Assembly: GCA_902547315.1 (NCBI GenBank)
Contig: CACCND010000005.1
Location: 20,841-84,840, forward strand
Reading direction: 5' to 3'
Length of the DNA stretch: 64,000 nucleotides
Origin: an uncultured Pelagibacteraceae bacterium
GTDB lineage: Bacteria > Pseudomonadota > Alphaproteobacteria > Pelagibacterales > AG-422-B15
Made by a program: the position numbers and the translations under genes. Numbering within the stretch: the stretch's first letter is position 1; each line of letters begins with the position of its first letter. Positions 47,301 to 60,072 of this stretch are shown one piece after another. Under the pieces are notes generated by a model that was given only the letters and a program-made list of their open reading frames with translations, did no database searches and was not told where the DNA came from.

Positions 47301-48498
47301 AAAAATTTTAGTTGAAGAGGAACAATCTGTCAAAAAAGGAACTAAAATATGTGAATGGGATCCATTTACTAATCCGGTCATTTCAGAAAAATCAGGTATA
47401 GCTAATTATGTAGATATGGAAGAAGGCATTTCTTTAATTGAAGAAACTGAAGAAAAAACTGGATTAACTTATACAAAAGTTAAAGACTGGAAGAGTGATG
47501 TTAAAGGAAACGATTTAAAACCTAGAATTACGCTTAGAGATAAAAAAGGGGAAGTAATACTGCTGGCAAATGGAAATGAAGCTAGGTATTTTCTTCCTCC
47601 AGACTCAATACTTTCTGTTGCCGATGGTTCTGAAGTTCATGCTGGAGATGTTTTAGCCAGGACACCAAAGGCTGCATCGAAAACTAAAGATATTACAGGA
47701 GGACTACCAAGAGTTGCAGAATTATTTGAAGCAAGAAAACCAAAAGATCATGCAATTATATCTGAAACATCAGGCATTATTTCATTTGGTAAAGATATGA
47801 GAGGTAAACAAAAAGTCATCATAACTCCAAATGATAAATCTGAGCCAGTTGAAGTATTGATTCCAAAAGGAAAACATATTGCCTATCAGGAGGGAGAAAG
47901 CATCGAAAAAGGTGATTATTTACTAGACGGCAACCCAGACCCCCACGATATATTAGAAATTTTGGGCATAGAAGCACTAGCAGACTACCTGATTAACGAA
48001 GTGCAAGAAGTTTATAGACTTCAGGGAGTATTAATAAATGATAAACACATAGAAGTCTTGTGTAGACAAATGTTACAGAAGGTACATATCACTGAAATCG
48101 GGGACGGGCCATTTATTAAAGGAGAAGAATTAGATAGATTTGAGTTTTTAACAATCAATGAGCAATTAAAAAATGAGGGTAAAGTTATCGCCGAAGCAAA
48201 GCCAGTCTTACTTGGCATAACCAAAGCTTCATTGCAAACCAGATCATTTATATCAGCGGCATCTTTTCAAGAAACTACTAGAATTTTGACTGATGCATCA
48301 ATAAAAGGCAAGATGGATAGGTTAGAAGGGCTTAAAGAAAATGTTATCGTCGGTAGACTTATTCCTGCGGGCACTGGTCGTACATTTAATCAAATTGAAA
48401 ATACTGCTAAATTGCAGGATAAAGAGGCTAAAATTGAAATTGAGGCAATTCAGGCCAAGAAAGAACAAGAAACAGCAGAAATCAAAGAAAATTCCTGA
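44311..48498 (+). CDS. rpoC: DNA-directed RNA polymerase subunit beta'
   Basis: 1395 aa; [12 protein letters not shown] catalytic motif and a zinc-binding CxC...CxxC N-terminus. Confidence 0.98.
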   Translation: MSQSLMNIFNPAASRDDFNQVKISIASPERILSWSYGEIKKPETINYRTFKPERDGLFCARIFGPIKDYECLCGKYKRMKFKGIICEKCGVEVTKKDVRRERMGHIQLAAPVAHIWFLKSLPSRIALMMDMKLKDLEKVLYFEKFMVTEPGLTPLIQNQLLDEEELEKAREEYGEDSFSAGIGAEAVRKVLERIELVPELELLRSKLSETKAVALSEKLVKRIKIFEAFINSGNRPEWMILTSVPVIPPELRPLVPLDGGRFASSDLNDLYRRVINRNNRLSRLIELKAPDIIIRNEKRMLQESVDALFDNGRRGRVITGTNKRPLKSLAEMLKGKQGRFRQNLLGKRVDYSGRSVIVVGPELKLHQCGLPKKMAIELFKPFIYARLESLGLATTLKQAKKMVEKERPEVWDVLDRVIREHPVILNRAPTLHRLGVQAFEPVLIEGKAIQLHPLVCTAFNADFDGDQMAVHVPLSLEAQLEARVLMMSTNNILNPANGKPVIVPSQDIVLGIYYLSQDKENEPGQGAVYKDIFEVQQALENNVTTVHAKIHARITYVDQNNNESIKRIETTPGRMLLWNLIPQHKDLDPKLVNRLLGKKEISNLIDTVYRYCGQKDTVIFADKLMALGFHFAYKAGISFGKDDMIIPASKENLVSETAEQIEKYEKQYNDGLITNREKYNKVIDAWAKCTDRVAQEMMNEISSRKVDETTNREKPINSIYMMANSGARGSAAQMKQLSGMRGLMAKPSGDIIETPIISNFKEGLNVLEYFNSTHGARKGLADTALKTANSGYLTRRLCDVAQDCTISEKDCGTEKGVWISDVVEGGEVIISIADRLLGRYLQNEINHPVTGENIAKKGDYIDETLADKIETAGVQSAYIRSPLTCDSKRGICVKCYGRDLARGFIVNEGEAVGMIAAQSIGEPGTQLTMRTFHIGGAAQINDQSFIEINTDGIFKILNKNTVEDSNKDLIVMGRNCQLAIQDENGRELANYKVPYGTKILVEEEQSVKKGTKICEWDPFTNPVISEKSGIANYVDMEEGISLIEETEEKTGLTYTKVKDWKSDVKGNDLKPRITLRDKKGEVILLANGNEARYFLPPDSILSVADGSEVHAGDVLARTPKAASKTKDITGGLPRVAELFEARKPKDHAIISETSGIISFGKDMRGKQKVIITPNDKSEPVEVLIPKGKHIAYQEGESIEKGDYLLDGNPDPHDILEILGIEALADYLINEVQEVYRLQGVLINDKHIEVLCRQMLQKVHITEIGDGPFIKGEELDRFEFLTINEQLKNEGKVIAEAKPVLLGITKASLQTRSFISAASFQETTRILTDASIKGKMDRLEGLKENVIVGRLIPAGTGRTFNQIENTAKLQDKEAKIEIEAIQAKKEQETAEIKENS

Positions 48499-48507
48499 TT
48501 AATTTTG

Positions 48508-48535
48508 TTGACCAAGTTAAACTATTCAGTATTAT
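48508..48535 (+). promoter_or_regulatory. candidate sigma70 promoter of the str operon (rpsL-rpsG-fusA)
   Basis: TTGACC (48508-48513), 16-nt spacer, TATTAT (48530-48535). The TTGACCAA -35 context is shared with the rpsM promoter. Confidence 0.5.
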
Positions 48536-48636
48536 GCGGCAATCTTAAATAGTAGGCGGTAGAGAAATCTAAACGCTACTTTTTAATAGTTTTTTTAACA
48601 GATAACTTTTTTAGTATTTTATACTGGAGAATACTT

Positions 48637-49480
<844 letters not shown>

Positions 49481-49481
49481 T

Positions 49482-51557
49482 ATGACTAGAGAATATACAT
49501 TGCAGAAATATCGAAATATAGGAATTATGGCTCATATTGATGCAGGCAAAACAACTACTACAGAGAGAATTCTTTATTACACTGGTAAAAGTCATAAAAT
49601 TGGAGAAGTTCATGATGGTGCGGCTACTATGGACTGGATGGAACAAGAGCAAGAAAGAGGAATTACAATTACCTCAGCTGCAACTACATGTTTTTGGAAT
49701 GATCATAGAATTAATATAATTGATACTCCAGGCCACGTTGACTTTACCATTGAAGTTGAGAGATCACTTAGAGTTCTTGACGGTGCAGTTGCAGTATTTG
49801 ATGGTGTTGCTGGCGTTGAGCCTCAGACAGAAACTGTATGGAGACAGGCCAATAGATACAAGGTTCCAAGAATGTGCTTTGTCAATAAGATGGATCGTAC
49901 TGGGGCCGATTTCTATAAGTGTCTTGATATGATTAAAGACAGACTTCAAGCAAATGCTTTAGTTTTACAAATTCCCTTTGGAAGTGAGTCTGATCTGAAG
50001 GGTGTTATCGATCTTGTAAAAAATAAAGCAATTGTTTGGGCAAACGAAGACCTTGGAGCTAAATATGAATACACAGAGATCCCAGAAGAATTAAAAGAGA
50101 CTGCTGAAAAGTATCGATCTGAGATGGTTGAAATGGCGGTTGAACAGGATGAAGAGGTTTTAGAAAAATATTTAGATGGGGAAGAGCCTAATGAAGAAAC
50201 TCTCAATCGTTGCATTAGAAAAGGTACAATCAATTTTGAGTTCGTTCCAATCTTAACAGGTAGTGCTTTTAAAAATAAGGGTGTACAACCACTTTTAGAC
50301 GCCATTGTAAACTTTATGCCAGATCCCAGTGAGGTACAACAAGCTACAGGCAACATACCGGGCAAAGAAGAAGAAGAAATAAGAAAAGCATCAGATGAGG
50401 AACCTTTTTCTGCATTAGCATTTAAAGTTGCAAACGATCCTTTCGTAGGCTCTCTTACATTTACAAGAATCTATTCAGGAAAGTTAGAAGCTGGTTCAAC
50501 AATTATGAATTCTGTTAAAGGTGATAAGGAAAGAATTGGAAGAATGCTACTTATGCATGCAAATAACAGAGAAGATATTAAAACTGCGTATGCTGGTGAT
50601 ATTGTTGCGATAGCAGGGCTGAAAGACACTATAACTGGTGAAACTTTATGTGATTCTCAGAAGCCAATCATATTAGAGTCAATGGATTTTCCTGATCCAG
50701 TGATTGAAATTGCCGTTGAGCCAAAAACAAAAGCTGACCAAGAAAAAATGGGTGAAGCGCTTGCACGTCTTGCAAAAGAAGACCCCTCTTTCAGAGTAAC
50801 GTCTGATGAAGAATCTGGACAAACTGTTATTAAAGGAATGGGCGAGCTTCATTTGGATATTATTGTTGACCGAATGAAACGAGAGTTCAAGGTTGAAGCT
50901 AATGTAGGAGCTCCACAGGTTGCTTACAGAGAAACAATATCTAGAGAGGTTGAGGTAACATATACCCATAAAAAACAAAGTGGAGGAGCCGGTCAATTCG
51001 CTGAAGTAAAAATCGTTGTTGAGGGATGTGAACCGGGGACAGGAAGACTATTTGAAGATAAAATTAAGGGAGGTAATATACCTAAAGAGTATATCCCTGG
51101 AGTTGAAAAAGGAATTGAGGGTGTTGCTGATACTGGCGTCATAGCCGGCTTCCCTATAATTGATTATAAAGTAACATTAATCGATGGAAAATATCACGAT
51201 GTAGACTCTAGTAGTTTAGCTTTTGAGATAGCTGGAAGGATGGCATTCAAAGACGCTTGTCAAAAAGCAAGCCCAAAACTTCTTGAGCCTGTTATGAGAG
51301 TTGAGGTGGTAACTCCTGAAGAGTTTATGGGAGATGTTATAGGCGATTTGAGCAGTCGAAGGGGTCAAGTTAGCGGAAGTGAAGCTAGAGGCAATACAAC
51401 AGCAATTAGTTCAATGGTGCCTCTTGCCAATATGTTTGGCTATGTTAATACATTACGGTCTATGACTCAGGGAAGAGCTCAGTATTCAATGTTTTTTGAT
51501 CATTATGAGCAAGTACCTCAAAACGTTCAAGATGAGGTAAAAGCAAAATTTGCATAA
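49482..51557 (+). CDS. fusA: elongation factor G
   Basis: Starts [28 protein letters not shown] at 49482. Confidence 0.97.
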   Translation: MTREYTLQKYRNIGIMAHIDAGKTTTTERILYYTGKSHKIGEVHDGAATMDWMEQEQERGITITSAATTCFWNDHRINIIDTPGHVDFTIEVERSLRVLDGAVAVFDGVAGVEPQTETVWRQANRYKVPRMCFVNKMDRTGADFYKCLDMIKDRLQANALVLQIPFGSESDLKGVIDLVKNKAIVWANEDLGAKYEYTEIPEELKETAEKYRSEMVEMAVEQDEEVLEKYLDGEEPNEETLNRCIRKGTINFEFVPILTGSAFKNKGVQPLLDAIVNFMPDPSEVQQATGNIPGKEEEEIRKASDEEPFSALAFKVANDPFVGSLTFTRIYSGKLEAGSTIMNSVKGDKERIGRMLLMHANNREDIKTAYAGDIVAIAGLKDTITGETLCDSQKPIILESMDFPDPVIEIAVEPKTKADQEKMGEALARLAKEDPSFRVTSDEESGQTVIKGMGELHLDIIVDRMKREFKVEANVGAPQVAYRETISREVEVTYTHKKQSGGAGQFAEVKIVVEGCEPGTGRLFEDKIKGGNIPKEYIPGVEKGIEGVADTGVIAGFPIIDYKVTLIDGKYHDVDSSSLAFEIAGRMAFKDACQKASPKLLEPVMRVEVVTPEEFMGDVIGDLSSRRGQVSGSEARGNTTAISSMVPLANMFGYVNTLRSMTQGRAQYSMFFDHYEQVPQNVQDEVKAKFA

Positions 51558-51566
51558 GTAATTAAA

Positions 51567-51875
51567 ATGGAAAATCAAAATATCAAAATAAGATTGAAGG
51601 CTTTTGACCACGGTGTACTCGATAAATCATCAGTAGAAATCGTTGATACAGCTAAAAGAACTGGGGCAATGGTGAAAGGTCCAATACCATTACCCACAAA
51701 TAATGAGAAGTTTACAGTTCTTCGATCTCCACATGTTAACAAAAAAAGCAGAGAGCAATTCGAGATTAGGACTCATAAGAGATTAATAGAGATAGTCGAC
51801 CCAACACCACAAACAGTCGATGCGCTAATGAAATTAGATTTAGCTTCAGGAGTTGATGTAGAAATCAAATTATAA
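51567..51875 (+). CDS. rpsJ: 30S ribosomal protein S10
   Basis: IRLKAFDH..., 102 aa. Confidence 0.97.
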   Translation: MENQNIKIRLKAFDHGVLDKSSVEIVDTAKRTGAMVKGPIPLPTNNEKFTVLRSPHVNKKSREQFEIRTHKRLIEIVDPTPQTVDALMKLDLASGVDVEIKL

Positions 51876-51878
51876 GAT

Positions 51879-52568
51879 ATGAGATCAGGTATTATAGCAA
51901 AAAAGATTGGAATGAGTAATTTGTACACACAAAGTGGAACAAACATTCCTGTTACTGTTCTTCACGTTGAAAATTGCAAAATTATTGATCGAATTACGTC
52001 AGAAAATGAAAATTCAGACAAGGTATTAGTTGGTGCTTGCAAGTTAAAAAAAACATCAAAATCACAGAAAGGCTTCTTTGATAAAAAAAAATCAGATGCT
52101 TATAAATATCTTAGAGAGTTTGAAATTAGTAAAGACCAAGAGATTCAAAGTGGAGATGAATTGAAAGCAAGTTATTTTAAGGAAGGTCAATTTATTGATG
52201 TGTCTGGTTACACGAAAGGCAAAGGATTCGCTGGAGTAATGAAACGTCATAATTTCTCAGGCTTGAGAGCCTCTCACGGTGTTTCAGTTTCACATCGAAG
52301 TCATGGATCCACAGGTCAGTGCCAAGACCCTGGTAAAGTTTTCAAAGGAAAAAAGATGGCGGGACAATACGGAGATGTTCACAAAACCCTTCAAAGCTTA
52401 CAGGTTGTAAAGGTTGATGAACAAAAAAATCTAATCTGTGTAAAAGGAGCTACACCTGGCTCAAGAGGAGCTTGGTTAGTTGTTGAGGACTCGATTAAAA
52501 AAGATGGCATCAAAGAAATCGAAGTCACACCAGTAAAATCAGAAAAAGAAGTAAAGAAGGAAAAATAA
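51879..52568 (+). CDS. rplC: 50S ribosomal protein L3
   Basis: GIIAKKIGMS...; operon order. Confidence 0.95.
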   Translation: MRSGIIAKKIGMSNLYTQSGTNIPVTVLHVENCKIIDRITSENENSDKVLVGACKLKKTSKSQKGFFDKKKSDAYKYLREFEISKDQEIQSGDELKASYFKEGQFIDVSGYTKGKGFAGVMKRHNFSGLRASHGVSVSHRSHGSTGQCQDPGKVFKGKKMAGQYGDVHKTLQSLQVVKVDEQKNLICVKGATPGSRGAWLVVEDSIKKDGIKEIEVTPVKSEKEVKKEK

Positions 52569-52572
52569 GTAA

Positions 52573-53193
52573 ATGCAAATTGACATGCATAAAATAGATG
52601 GAAAAAAGAGCGGGTCGGTTGATTTGAAAGATAAATTATTCAATAGTAAGTCCGATTTAAGTTTAATTGGTTCTTTAGTTAGATGGAATGAGTCTAACCA
52701 GAAACCTCTTAGAGCTAAAACTAAAAACAGATCAGAAGTAAAAGGAACAACACAAAAGCTAGGAAGGCAAAAGGGAAGTGGAGGAGCTAGGCACGGTTCC
52801 AAAAAGGCAAATATATTTAGAAGTGGTGGAATGGCTCATAACTTAAGAGGAGTTCGTTCATTAAAAAAGATGCCAAAACGCACTAGACAGGAGGCTTTAA
52901 AACATATTCTTGCTGATAAACTCAAGAATAAAAATTTGATAATTGTTGAAGAGCTCAAAATTGCAGAGCCAAAGACAAAAACACTAGTTAAAAGCCTCAA
53001 AGATTTAAATGCTCACTCTGCGCTGATATTAGAGGGCGAGAAACCTGATAATAATTTTGCATTAGCTTCAAGAAACTTAAAAAATATAAAGTTCTCAAGC
53101 ATAAATAATTTTAATGCACTGGATTTACTTGGATTTGAAAAATTAATCATGAGTAAAAATGCCTTAGAAATACTTGAAAGTAGGATTAGTTAA
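52573..53193 (+). CDS. rplD: 50S ribosomal protein L4
   Basis: GTTQKLGRQKGSGGARHGS; operon order. Confidence 0.95.
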   Translation: MQIDMHKIDGKKSGSVDLKDKLFNSKSDLSLIGSLVRWNESNQKPLRAKTKNRSEVKGTTQKLGRQKGSGGARHGSKKANIFRSGGMAHNLRGVRSLKKMPKRTRQEALKHILADKLKNKNLIIVEELKIAEPKTKTLVKSLKDLNAHSALILEGEKPDNNFALASRNLKNIKFSSINNFNALDLLGFEKLIMSKNALEILESRIS

Positions 53194-53194
53194 G

Positions 53195-53488
53195 ATGGCT
53201 ACAATTAAAGATTTTAAAACAATAATCAAACCTATCATAACAGAGAAGTCCTCAATGGGTTCAGAGTATAATCAAGTTACATTCCAGGTTCAGAAAACAA
53301 CTTCAAAGAAAGAAATTAAGTTAGCAATTGAAAATATTTTTAAAGTTAAAGTAAAAAAAGTAAATACTTCAATCGTTAAGGGTAAGCTTAAATCATTTAG
53401 GGGTTCTCTTGGCAAAAGGTCGGATTACAAGAAGGCATTTGTTACCCTTGAAGATGGTCAAACAATTGATATTAATGCGGGAGTATAA
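53195..53488 (+). CDS. rplW: 50S ribosomal protein L23
   Basis: Internal ATG at 53195 (MATIKDFKTIIKPIITEKS). Confidence 0.93.
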   Translation: MATIKDFKTIIKPIITEKSSMGSEYNQVTFQVQKTTSKKEIKLAIENIFKVKVKKVNTSIVKGKLKSFRGSLGKRSDYKKAFVTLEDGQTIDINAGV

Positions 53489-53492
53489 ATAA

Positions 53493-54338
53493 ATGGCACT
53501 TAAAAAATTCAGACCTAACACGCCCGGAACTAGAGGACTTACTCTAGTTGATAAAAAAGGATTATGGAACGGAAAACCAGTAAAATCTCTTACTACTGGC
53601 ATCTCTAAAAAAGGTGGACGGAATAATACAGGCAGGATCACTATGAGAAGAAAAGGTGGCGGGCATAAATCAAAATATAGAATAATTGATTTCAAAAGAA
53701 ATAAGATAGATATAAGTGCGACCGTAGAAAGAATAGAATACGATCCAAACAGATCTTCATATATTGCGTTGATTAGATATGATGACGGTATTCAAAGCTA
53801 TATATTGGCCCCAAAAGATATAAAGGTTGGAGATAAAGTAATTTCTGGATCAAAAAAAGAAATTAGAAATGGAAATTGTATGCCCATGTCTGACATACCT
53901 GTAGGCATTGACATACATAACATTGAATTAAAATCAGGAAGCGGCGCACAATTGGCAAGGTCAGCAGGTACATCAACCCAAATAGTTGGAAAATCTAATG
54001 GTTATGTCGCTATTAAGTTACCCTCTGGAGAACAAAGAAAAATTAGAGAAGAATGTCGTGCTACGATAGGTGTATTGTCAAATATTGATAAAAAAAACCA
54101 AAAACTTGGCAAGGCTGGGAGGAATAGGTGGCTTGGTATAAGACCATCTGTCAGAGGAGTTGCGATGAATCCTATCGATCATCCACACGGTGGTGGTGAA
54201 GGTAAAACGTCTGGTGGAAGAGACCCTGTAACTCCATGGGGTAAACCGACAAAGGGAAAGAAGACAAGAAATAATAAAAGAACTGATAAATTTATTATTA
54301 AAAGAAAAACGGATAAGAAAGCAAGAATAGAGGTATAA
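53493..54338 (+). CDS. rplB: 50S ribosomal protein L2
   Basis: [15 protein letters not shown]...HPHGGGEGK. Confidence 0.98.
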   Translation: MALKKFRPNTPGTRGLTLVDKKGLWNGKPVKSLTTGISKKGGRNNTGRITMRRKGGGHKSKYRIIDFKRNKIDISATVERIEYDPNRSSYIALIRYDDGIQSYILAPKDIKVGDKVISGSKKEIRNGNCMPMSDIPVGIDIHNIELKSGSGAQLARSAGTSTQIVGKSNGYVAIKLPSGEQRKIREECRATIGVLSNIDKKNQKLGKAGRNRWLGIRPSVRGVAMNPIDHPHGGGEGKTSGGRDPVTPWGKPTKGKKTRNNKRTDKFIIKRKTDKKARIEV

Positions 54339-54611
54339 ATGACAAGATCTGTTTGGAAGGGACCATTTGTTGATAGCCATTTATTAAAAAAAGTAAAAGC
54401 GGCATCTGATTCTGGTGGCAATAGCGTTATTAAGACTTGGTCTAGAAGATCAACTATACTGCCTGAATTTGTGGGTGTAAATTTTGCAGTTCACAACGGC
54501 AAAAGATTTATACCTGTAAACGTAACTGAAGACATGGTTGGCCATAAACTTGGAGAGTTTTCTCCTACTAGAACTTTTAATGGCCACACAGGTGATAAGA
54601 AAACGAAATAA
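54339..54611 (+). CDS. rpsS: 30S ribosomal protein S19
   Basis: [12 protein letters not shown]... Confidence 0.97.
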   Translation: MTRSVWKGPFVDSHLLKKVKAASDSGGNSVIKTWSRRSTILPEFVGVNFAVHNGKRFIPVNVTEDMVGHKLGEFSPTRTFNGHTGDKKTK

Positions 54612-54613
54612 AT

Positions 54614-55003
54614 ATGAGACAACTTGTAAGAAAAGATAACGAAGCATATGCAATTCAAAGGAACATGAGAGTGAGTCCGTCAAAAGCTAATGCAGTACTT
54701 GAAATGATTAGAGGCAAAAAGGCATCTGAAGCACTTAATTTATTAAAGTTTTCTTCTAAAGGAGTTGCTAAAAATATTTCTAAAGTTTTAAACAGTGCAA
54801 TTGCTAATGCTGAAAACAATCATCAGTTGGATATTGATATATTAAAAGTTACTGAAGCATACTGCGGTAAAGGTATGGTGATGAAAAGATGGAGAGCAAG
54901 AGCAAAGGGAAGGCCGGGAAGAATTAATAAATTTCTGACTAACGTCACAATAAAAGTTTCTGAAGATCAAGTTAAAGAAGTAGAGAAAGAGAAGGCAAAA
55001 TAG
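54614..55003 (+). CDS. rplV: 50S ribosomal protein L22
   Basis: 129 aa; operon order and L22 signature. Confidence 0.95.
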   Translation: MRQLVRKDNEAYAIQRNMRVSPSKANAVLEMIRGKKASEALNLLKFSSKGVAKNISKVLNSAIANAENNHQLDIDILKVTEAYCGKGMVMKRWRARAKGRPGRINKFLTNVTIKVSEDQVKEVEKEKAK

Positions 55004-55006
55004 TAT

Positions 55007-55678
55007 ATGGGTCAAAAAGTAAATCCAATTGGTCTTAGATTAATTCTTAATAAGAAGTGGCAATCTAGATGGTATGCTGGAAAGAAAGAATTTGGATCGT
55101 TCTTGCAGGAAGATTTAAAGATTAGATCTTATCTAGAGAAAAAACTCAAAAATTGTGCTGTAGCAAAAATACAGATTGAACGGCCTGCAAAGAAAGCGCA
55201 GGTTACAATATATTCAGCGCGTCCAGGTCTTATTATTGGAAAAAAAGGGAGTGATATTGAGAGATTGAAGAAAAAAATCTCTGAATTTACTTCTGATGAA
55301 GTTTCTATAAATCTTGTGGAGATTAGAAAACCAGAAGTAGAAGCACAATTAATTGCTGATGGCATAGCCGAACAATTAGAAAGACGCGTTTCATTCCGAA
55401 GAGCGATGAAACGTTCAGTTCAGTCAGCAATGCGTTTGGGAGCGGACGGTATTAGAGTTAATTGTGGAGGTAGACTTGGGGGAACTGAAATAGCAAGAAC
55501 TGAGTGGTATAGGGAAGGTAGAGTGCCTTTGCATACTTTCAGAGCAAATGTAGATTACGCTGTCGCAACAGCACAAACTACATATGGTTCATGCGGAATA
55601 AAAGTTTGGATATATAAAGGCGATATAGATGATAATGCGCCTCATGAATTAGATAAAAACCCAAATAAATTAGGATAG
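55007..55678 (+). CDS. rpsC: 30S ribosomal protein S3
   Basis: [12 protein letters not shown]..., KH domain. Confidence 0.97.
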   Translation: MGQKVNPIGLRLILNKKWQSRWYAGKKEFGSFLQEDLKIRSYLEKKLKNCAVAKIQIERPAKKAQVTIYSARPGLIIGKKGSDIERLKKKISEFTSDEVSINLVEIRKPEVEAQLIADGIAEQLERRVSFRRAMKRSVQSAMRLGADGIRVNCGGRLGGTEIARTEWYREGRVPLHTFRANVDYAVATAQTTYGSCGIKVWIYKGDIDDNAPHELDKNPNKLG

Positions 55679-55680
55679 AA

Positions 55681-56094
55681 ATGTTACAGCCAAAGAAAAC
55701 AAAATATAGAAAAGCACACAAGGGTAGAATTAAGGGAGTTGCAACGTCAGCGACAACGCTTAATTATGGGACATATGGCCTGAAAGCTTTAGAAGCTGAA
55801 AGAGTCACAGCCCGTCAAATTGAGGCTGCCCGTGTTGCAATGACAAGATTCATGAAAAGAGCTGGAAGAGTGTGGGTTAGAATATTTCCTGATGTTCCAG
55901 TTTCAAAAAAACCTACAGAAGTAAGAATGGGTAAAGGCAAAGGATCACCAGAGTATTGGGCATGCAGGGTAAAACCAGGAAAAATTTTATTTGAAGTAGA
56001 TGGCGTTTCTCAAGCAATTGCAACAGAAGCTTTTGGACGCGCTTCATCTAAACTGCCTATTAAAACTAAGGTAGTGGAACAGTTAATTAAATAG
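55681..56094 (+). CDS. rplP: 50S ribosomal protein L16
   Basis: [16 protein letters not shown]. Confidence 0.97.
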   Translation: MLQPKKTKYRKAHKGRIKGVATSATTLNYGTYGLKALEAERVTARQIEAARVAMTRFMKRAGRVWVRIFPDVPVSKKPTEVRMGKGKGSPEYWACRVKPGKILFEVDGVSQAIATEAFGRASSKLPIKTKVVEQLIK

Positions 56095-56101
56095 AGTCTT
56101 T

Positions 56102-56293
56102 ATGAAAGCAGAAGAAATAAGAAAAAAAACAATTGATCAACTAAAGACTGAGTTACAAAATTTATATAAGGAGTCCTTTAACTTGAGATTTCAAAAGTCT
56201 TCTGGCCAGCTGGAGAATACGTCTCGAATTTTTAAGGTAAGAAAGTTAATTGCAAGAATAAAAACAATAATGAAGGAAAAAACGGTTAATTAA
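56102..56293 (+). CDS. rpmC: 50S ribosomal protein L29
   Basis: 63 aa; operon order. Confidence 0.9.
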   Translation: MKAEEIRKKTIDQLKTELQNLYKESFNLRFQKSSGQLENTSRIFKVRKLIARIKTIMKEKTVN

Positions 56294-56294
56294 T

Positions 56295-56522
56295 ATGCCA
56301 AAAAAGATATTACAAGGAACTGTTATTAGTAATAAACAAAATAAAACAATAACAGTTTTAGTTGAAAGAAAGTTTAAACACCCAGTGTTAAAAAAAGTGA
56401 TTAGAAGATCGAAAAAATACAGCGCACATGATCCCGATAATCAATTTAACACAGGTGATAAAGTAAGAATTATGGAGTCTAAGCCAATTTCTAAACTAAA
56501 AAGATGGGTTGCGATTAGTTAA
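56295..56522 (+). CDS. rpsQ: 30S ribosomal protein S17
   Basis: 75 aa; [18 protein letters not shown]. Confidence 0.93.
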   Translation: MPKKILQGTVISNKQNKTITVLVERKFKHPVLKKVIRRSKKYSAHDPDNQFNTGDKVRIMESKPISKLKRWVAIS

Positions 56523-56891
56523 ATGATACAAGTTGAATCTCGATTAAATGTTGCAGACAACTCAGGAGCCAAAGAGGTTTTATGTGTTAAAGTTCTTGGT
56601 GGATCAAAACGTCGTTTTGCATCTGTAGGAGATATTATTGTAGTAACTGTTAAAGACGCAATACCTAAAGGGAAAGTTAAAAAAGGAACTGTTCATAAAG
56701 CTGTAATCGTAAGAACTAGAAAAGAGTTGAAAAGAGTAGATGGAAGCACAATTAAGTTTGATACGAACGCCGCTGTATTAATTAATAACCAGGGTGAACC
56801 GGTAGGGACAAGAATATTTGGCCCTGTTTGTAGAGAGTTACGATCAAAAAAACAAATGAAAATCATTTCACTAGCACCGGAGGTCCTGTAA
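56523..56891 (+). CDS. rplN: 50S ribosomal protein L14
   Basis: [17 protein letters not shown]. Confidence 0.98.
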   Translation: MIQVESRLNVADNSGAKEVLCVKVLGGSKRRFASVGDIIVVTVKDAIPKGKVKKGTVHKAVIVRTRKELKRVDGSTIKFDTNAAVLINNQGEPVGTRIFGPVCRELRSKKQMKIISLAPEVL

Positions 56892-57202
56892 TGAGTATGA
56901 GATTAAAAAAAGGTGATCAAGTTGCTGTTAATACAGGCAAGGATAAGGGAAAAGTTGGTGAAGTAATGAAAATATTAGGCATGAAAGCAATTGTTAAAGG
57001 TGTGAACATTTCGAAGAAACATCAAAAACAAGATCAGAAAAACGAAGGTGGAGTTTTAAATAAAGAGATGCCAATAATGCTCTCCAATTTAATGCCGGTT
57101 GATAAAAAGACCAACAAAGGTGTTAGAGTTGGTTATAAATACTTGAAAGATAATAAAAAAGTGAGAATTAACATCAAAACGGGAGATCAAATCGATGGAT
57201 AA
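56891..57202 (+). CDS. rplX: 50S ribosomal protein L24
   Basis: KOW motif [17 protein letters not shown]. Confidence 0.95.
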   Translation: MSMRLKKGDQVAVNTGKDKGKVGEVMKILGMKAIVKGVNISKKHQKQDQKNEGGVLNKEMPIMLSNLMPVDKKTNKGVRVGYKYLKDNKKVRINIKTGDQIDG

Positions 57203-57746
57203 TTATACTCCACGTTTAAAAGAAATGTATGTAAATACTATTGTGCCAAAGCTAAAGAATGAGCTTTCCACAAAGAATGATCTTGCACTACCTAAGTTGG
57301 TAAAAGTTTCATTAAATATGGGCCTCGGAGAAGCAGTGAATGACACTAAAGTAATTCAACTAGCTTCAGATCAACTAGCTTCGATAGCAGGTCAACAACC
57401 TTTAGTCACAAAAGCAAGAAAATCGATCGCTACTTTTAAAATCAGAATTGGTATGCCTTTAGGAGTAAAGGTTACTTTAAGAGGTAACAGAATGTACGAG
57501 TTTATTGATAGACTCGTTACTATTGCTCTTCCTCGTATTAGAGACTTTAGAGGCTTGAAAAAAAATTGTTTTGATGGAAGAGGTAATTACTCTTTCGGAA
57601 TTAAGGAATGCACAGTTTTTCCTGAAATTAATGTTGATAAACTTGATAAGGTGCGTGGGTTAGATATTACAATAAATACTACAGCTACAAATGATGAGCA
57701 GGCATACTTGTTATTAAAATCTCTAAATTTTCCAATTAATGATTAG
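57195..57746 (+). CDS. rplE: 50S ribosomal protein L5
   Basis: 183 aa; operon order and L5 signature. Confidence 0.95.
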   Translation: MDNYTPRLKEMYVNTIVPKLKNELSTKNDLALPKLVKVSLNMGLGEAVNDTKVIQLASDQLASIAGQQPLVTKARKSIATFKIRIGMPLGVKVTLRGNRMYEFIDRLVTIALPRIRDFRGLKKNCFDGRGNYSFGIKECTVFPEINVDKLDKVRGLDITINTTATNDEQAYLLLKSLNFPIND

Positions 57747-57754
57747 GTAAGAAT

Positions 57755-58060
57755 ATGGCTAAAAAAAGTTCGATAGAAAAAAATAAAAGAAGAATCAAGC
57801 TTTCTGAAAAAGATCTGCAGAAGAGAAGTAAACTTAAATCTCTTATCATGGACAAAAAAACATCTATTGATGATAGGTTTCAAGCTCAATTAAAACTATC
57901 TAAACTAAGAAGGAATGGTGCGAGAACAAGAGTTAGAAATAGATGTGAACTAACAGGCCGTCCAAGGGGTTACCATAAGAGAGTGAGATTATCTAGAATT
58001 GCCTTGAGGGATCTTGCATCTAAAGGTCAAATCCCCGGAATGAATAAATCAAGCTGGTAG
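57755..58060 (+). CDS. rpsN: 30S ribosomal protein S14 (long, non-zinc type)
   Basis: 101 aa; ...[26 protein letters not shown], with no CxxC pairs. Confidence 0.95.
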   Translation: MAKKSSIEKNKRRIKLSEKDLQKRSKLKSLIMDKKTSIDDRFQAQLKLSKLRRNGARTRVRNRCELTGRPRGYHKRVRLSRIALRDLASKGQIPGMNKSSW

Positions 58061-58072
58061 AAAGGAAGAAAT

Positions 58073-58471
58073 ATGTCATTACAAGATCCGTTGTCCGATT
58101 TATTTAGTAGAATTAGAAATGCACAAATGAGGTATAAACCAATTGTTAGTTCCCCTGTATCAAAGTTAAGGGAAAATATTTTAGAGGTACTTAAAAAAGA
58201 AGGTTACATAAGAGGATATGCCCGAACAAAACACTCATCAGGCAGGGAAGAGCTTGATATTGAATTAAAATATGATGAAAAAGGTCCAGTAATTTCAGAA
58301 ATTACAAGAATTTCAAAGCCAGGTAGGCGTGTTTATTCTGGCGCTGGAAGAATCCCATATGTACATAATGGCCTTGGAATTTCAATTATCTCAACTTCTA
58401 AAGGTGTGATGACGGATGCGGACGCAAGAGATCAAAAAGTAGGCGGGGAAATTATTTGTAGAGTATTTTAA
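58073..58471 (+). CDS. rpsH: 30S ribosomal protein S8
   Basis: [13 protein letters not shown]... Confidence 0.97.
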   Translation: MSLQDPLSDLFSRIRNAQMRYKPIVSSPVSKLRENILEVLKKEGYIRGYARTKHSSGREELDIELKYDEKGPVISEITRISKPGRRVYSGAGRIPYVHNGLGISIISTSKGVMTDADARDQKVGGEIICRVF

Positions 58472-58473
58472 TT

Positions 58474-59007
58474 ATGTCTAGAGTTGGATCAAAAGAAATA
58501 AATATACCAGAAAGCGTAAAAATTAATCTTCAAGATGGATTAATTTCAGCTGAGGGCCCATTAGGTAAACTTGAATCTAAGTTAAATTCTCAAATCGAAG
58601 TAATTGTTGAGGGTCAAAAAATTACAATGAAACCCAAATCTGATGACAAAACTTTAGTTTCTTTCTGGGGATTACAGAGAAATTTAGTTAATAATTTAAT
58701 TATTGGTGTAAGTGAGGGTTTTACAAAAAAATTAGAGATGAATGGCGTTGGATATCGAGCTGCTTTAAAAGGTAAAACCCTTGAATTATTGCTTGGGTAT
58801 AGTCATCCGATAAACTACGATATTCCAGAAAATATTACAGTAACAGTTGATAAACAAAATAATATTGAGATTAAGGGTCCCGATAAGCAACTAGTGGGGC
58901 AAACTGCTGCTGAAATTCGAAATTTCAGAGGACCAGAACCTTATAAAGGAAAGGGCATAAAGTATGCTGATGAATATATAAACAGAAAAGAAGGTAAGAA
59001 AAAATAA
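58474..59007 (+). CDS. rplF: 50S ribosomal protein L6
   Basis: MSRVGSKEINIP... Confidence 0.96.
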   Translation: MSRVGSKEINIPESVKINLQDGLISAEGPLGKLESKLNSQIEVIVEGQKITMKPKSDDKTLVSFWGLQRNLVNNLIIGVSEGFTKKLEMNGVGYRAALKGKTLELLLGYSHPINYDIPENITVTVDKQNNIEIKGPDKQLVGQTAAEIRNFRGPEPYKGKGIKYADEYINRKEGKKK

Positions 59008-59354
59008 TGCTATCTCCAAAGAAACAAAAAAGATCAAGTAGGGTCAGGTTTAAACTAAAGAAAAATAATAAATCTCGCATGAGACTTACTCTTTATAAGT
59101 CATCACAGCACTTGTATGCTCAAATCGTTGACGATAATAAAGGTATTACTATTTGCAGTGCATCAACTCTGAAATCAGAAAAAAGTAAAAATTCATGTAA
59201 TATTGCAAATGCAAAAATATTAGGCAGTGAACTTGCAAAGTCAGCAGTTGGGAAGGGTATTAAAGATGTTTACTTGGATCGTGGTTCAAATTTGTATCAT
59301 GGAATAGTAAAAACGATTACTGATGAAGTAAGATCTGGAGGTATAAATTTATAG
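59007..59354 (+). CDS. rplR: 50S ribosomal protein L18
   Basis: 115 aa; operon order. Confidence 0.93.
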   Translation: MLSPKKQKRSSRVRFKLKKNNKSRMRLTLYKSSQHLYAQIVDDNKGITICSASTLKSEKSKNSCNIANAKILGSELAKSAVGKGIKDVYLDRGSNLYHGIVKTITDEVRSGGINL

Positions 59355-59362
59355 GAAATTTT

Positions 59363-59893
59363 ATGGCAAAAGAAAACAACAACAAAGATCAAAACGGTGT
59401 TGATATTAAAGATAAACTTGTAGCAATTAATCGTGTTACAAAAGTCGTTAAGGGAGGAAGACGATTTGGATTTGCAGCATTAGTTGTTGCTGGTGATGAA
59501 TCTGGAAAAGTTGGCTTTGGTCATGGAAAAGCAAAAGAGGTTCCTGAGGCTATTAAAAAAGCTACAGACTCAGCAAAAAAAAGTATGATTAGAATCCCAC
59601 TGAGAGAGGGTAGAACATTACACCATGATATAATTGGAATACACGGATCATCACGTGTTGTAATGAGATCTGCGCCTTCAGGTACAGGTATTATTGCTGG
59701 TGGATCCGTTAGGGCAGTATTTGAATTGCTAGGTATACAAGATATTGTTGCAAAGTCAGTTGGTAGCTCAAATCCCTATAATATTATCAGAGCGGCTGTT
59801 GACGGACTTAAACAACAAAAATCACCAAAGATTATTGCAGCAAGAAGATCTAAAAAAGTTGGTAACATTACTTCAGCAAGAGAAACGACATGA
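59363..59893 (+). CDS. rpsE: 30S ribosomal protein S5
   Basis: [20 protein letters not shown]. Confidence 0.97.
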   Translation: MAKENNNKDQNGVDIKDKLVAINRVTKVVKGGRRFGFAALVVAGDESGKVGFGHGKAKEVPEAIKKATDSAKKSMIRIPLREGRTLHHDIIGIHGSSRVVMRSAPSGTGIIAGGSVRAVFELLGIQDIVAKSVGSSNPYNIIRAAVDGLKQQKSPKIIAARRSKKVGNITSARETT

Positions 59894-60072
59894 CGCAAAA
59901 ATTAAAAATTACATTGAAAAAAAGTACAATTGGTTCTCAAAAGCGACAAATAGCAACGGTAAAAGGGCTGGGACTTAAAAAAATTAATAGCAGCGTGATA
60001 AGAGAAGCATCGCCAGAAACATTAGGCATGATTAAAAAAATAAAACATTTAGTAATTACGGAAAGTAGTTAA
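59890..60072 (+). CDS. rpmD: 50S ribosomal protein L30
   Basis: 60 aa; [11 protein letters not shown]...TVKGLGL. Confidence 0.92.
   Translation: MTQKLKITLKKSTIGSQKRQIATVKGLGLKKINSSVIREASPETLGMIKKIKHLVITESS

Noticed and set aside
40602-48224. Long antisense ORFs inside rpoB and rpoC (for example 40910-41299, 42701-43147 and 44784-45350, all on the minus strand)
   Set aside because: They lie entirely within highly conserved coding sequence on the other strand. Their Ser/Leu/Ile-rich low-complexity translations are typical of antisense frames in AT-rich genes.
49482-51875. Absence of a tuf copy between fusA and rpsJ
   Set aside because: This is not an anomaly. The single tuf sits upstream of secE (36087-37277), which is consistent with a streamlined genome carrying one tuf gene.
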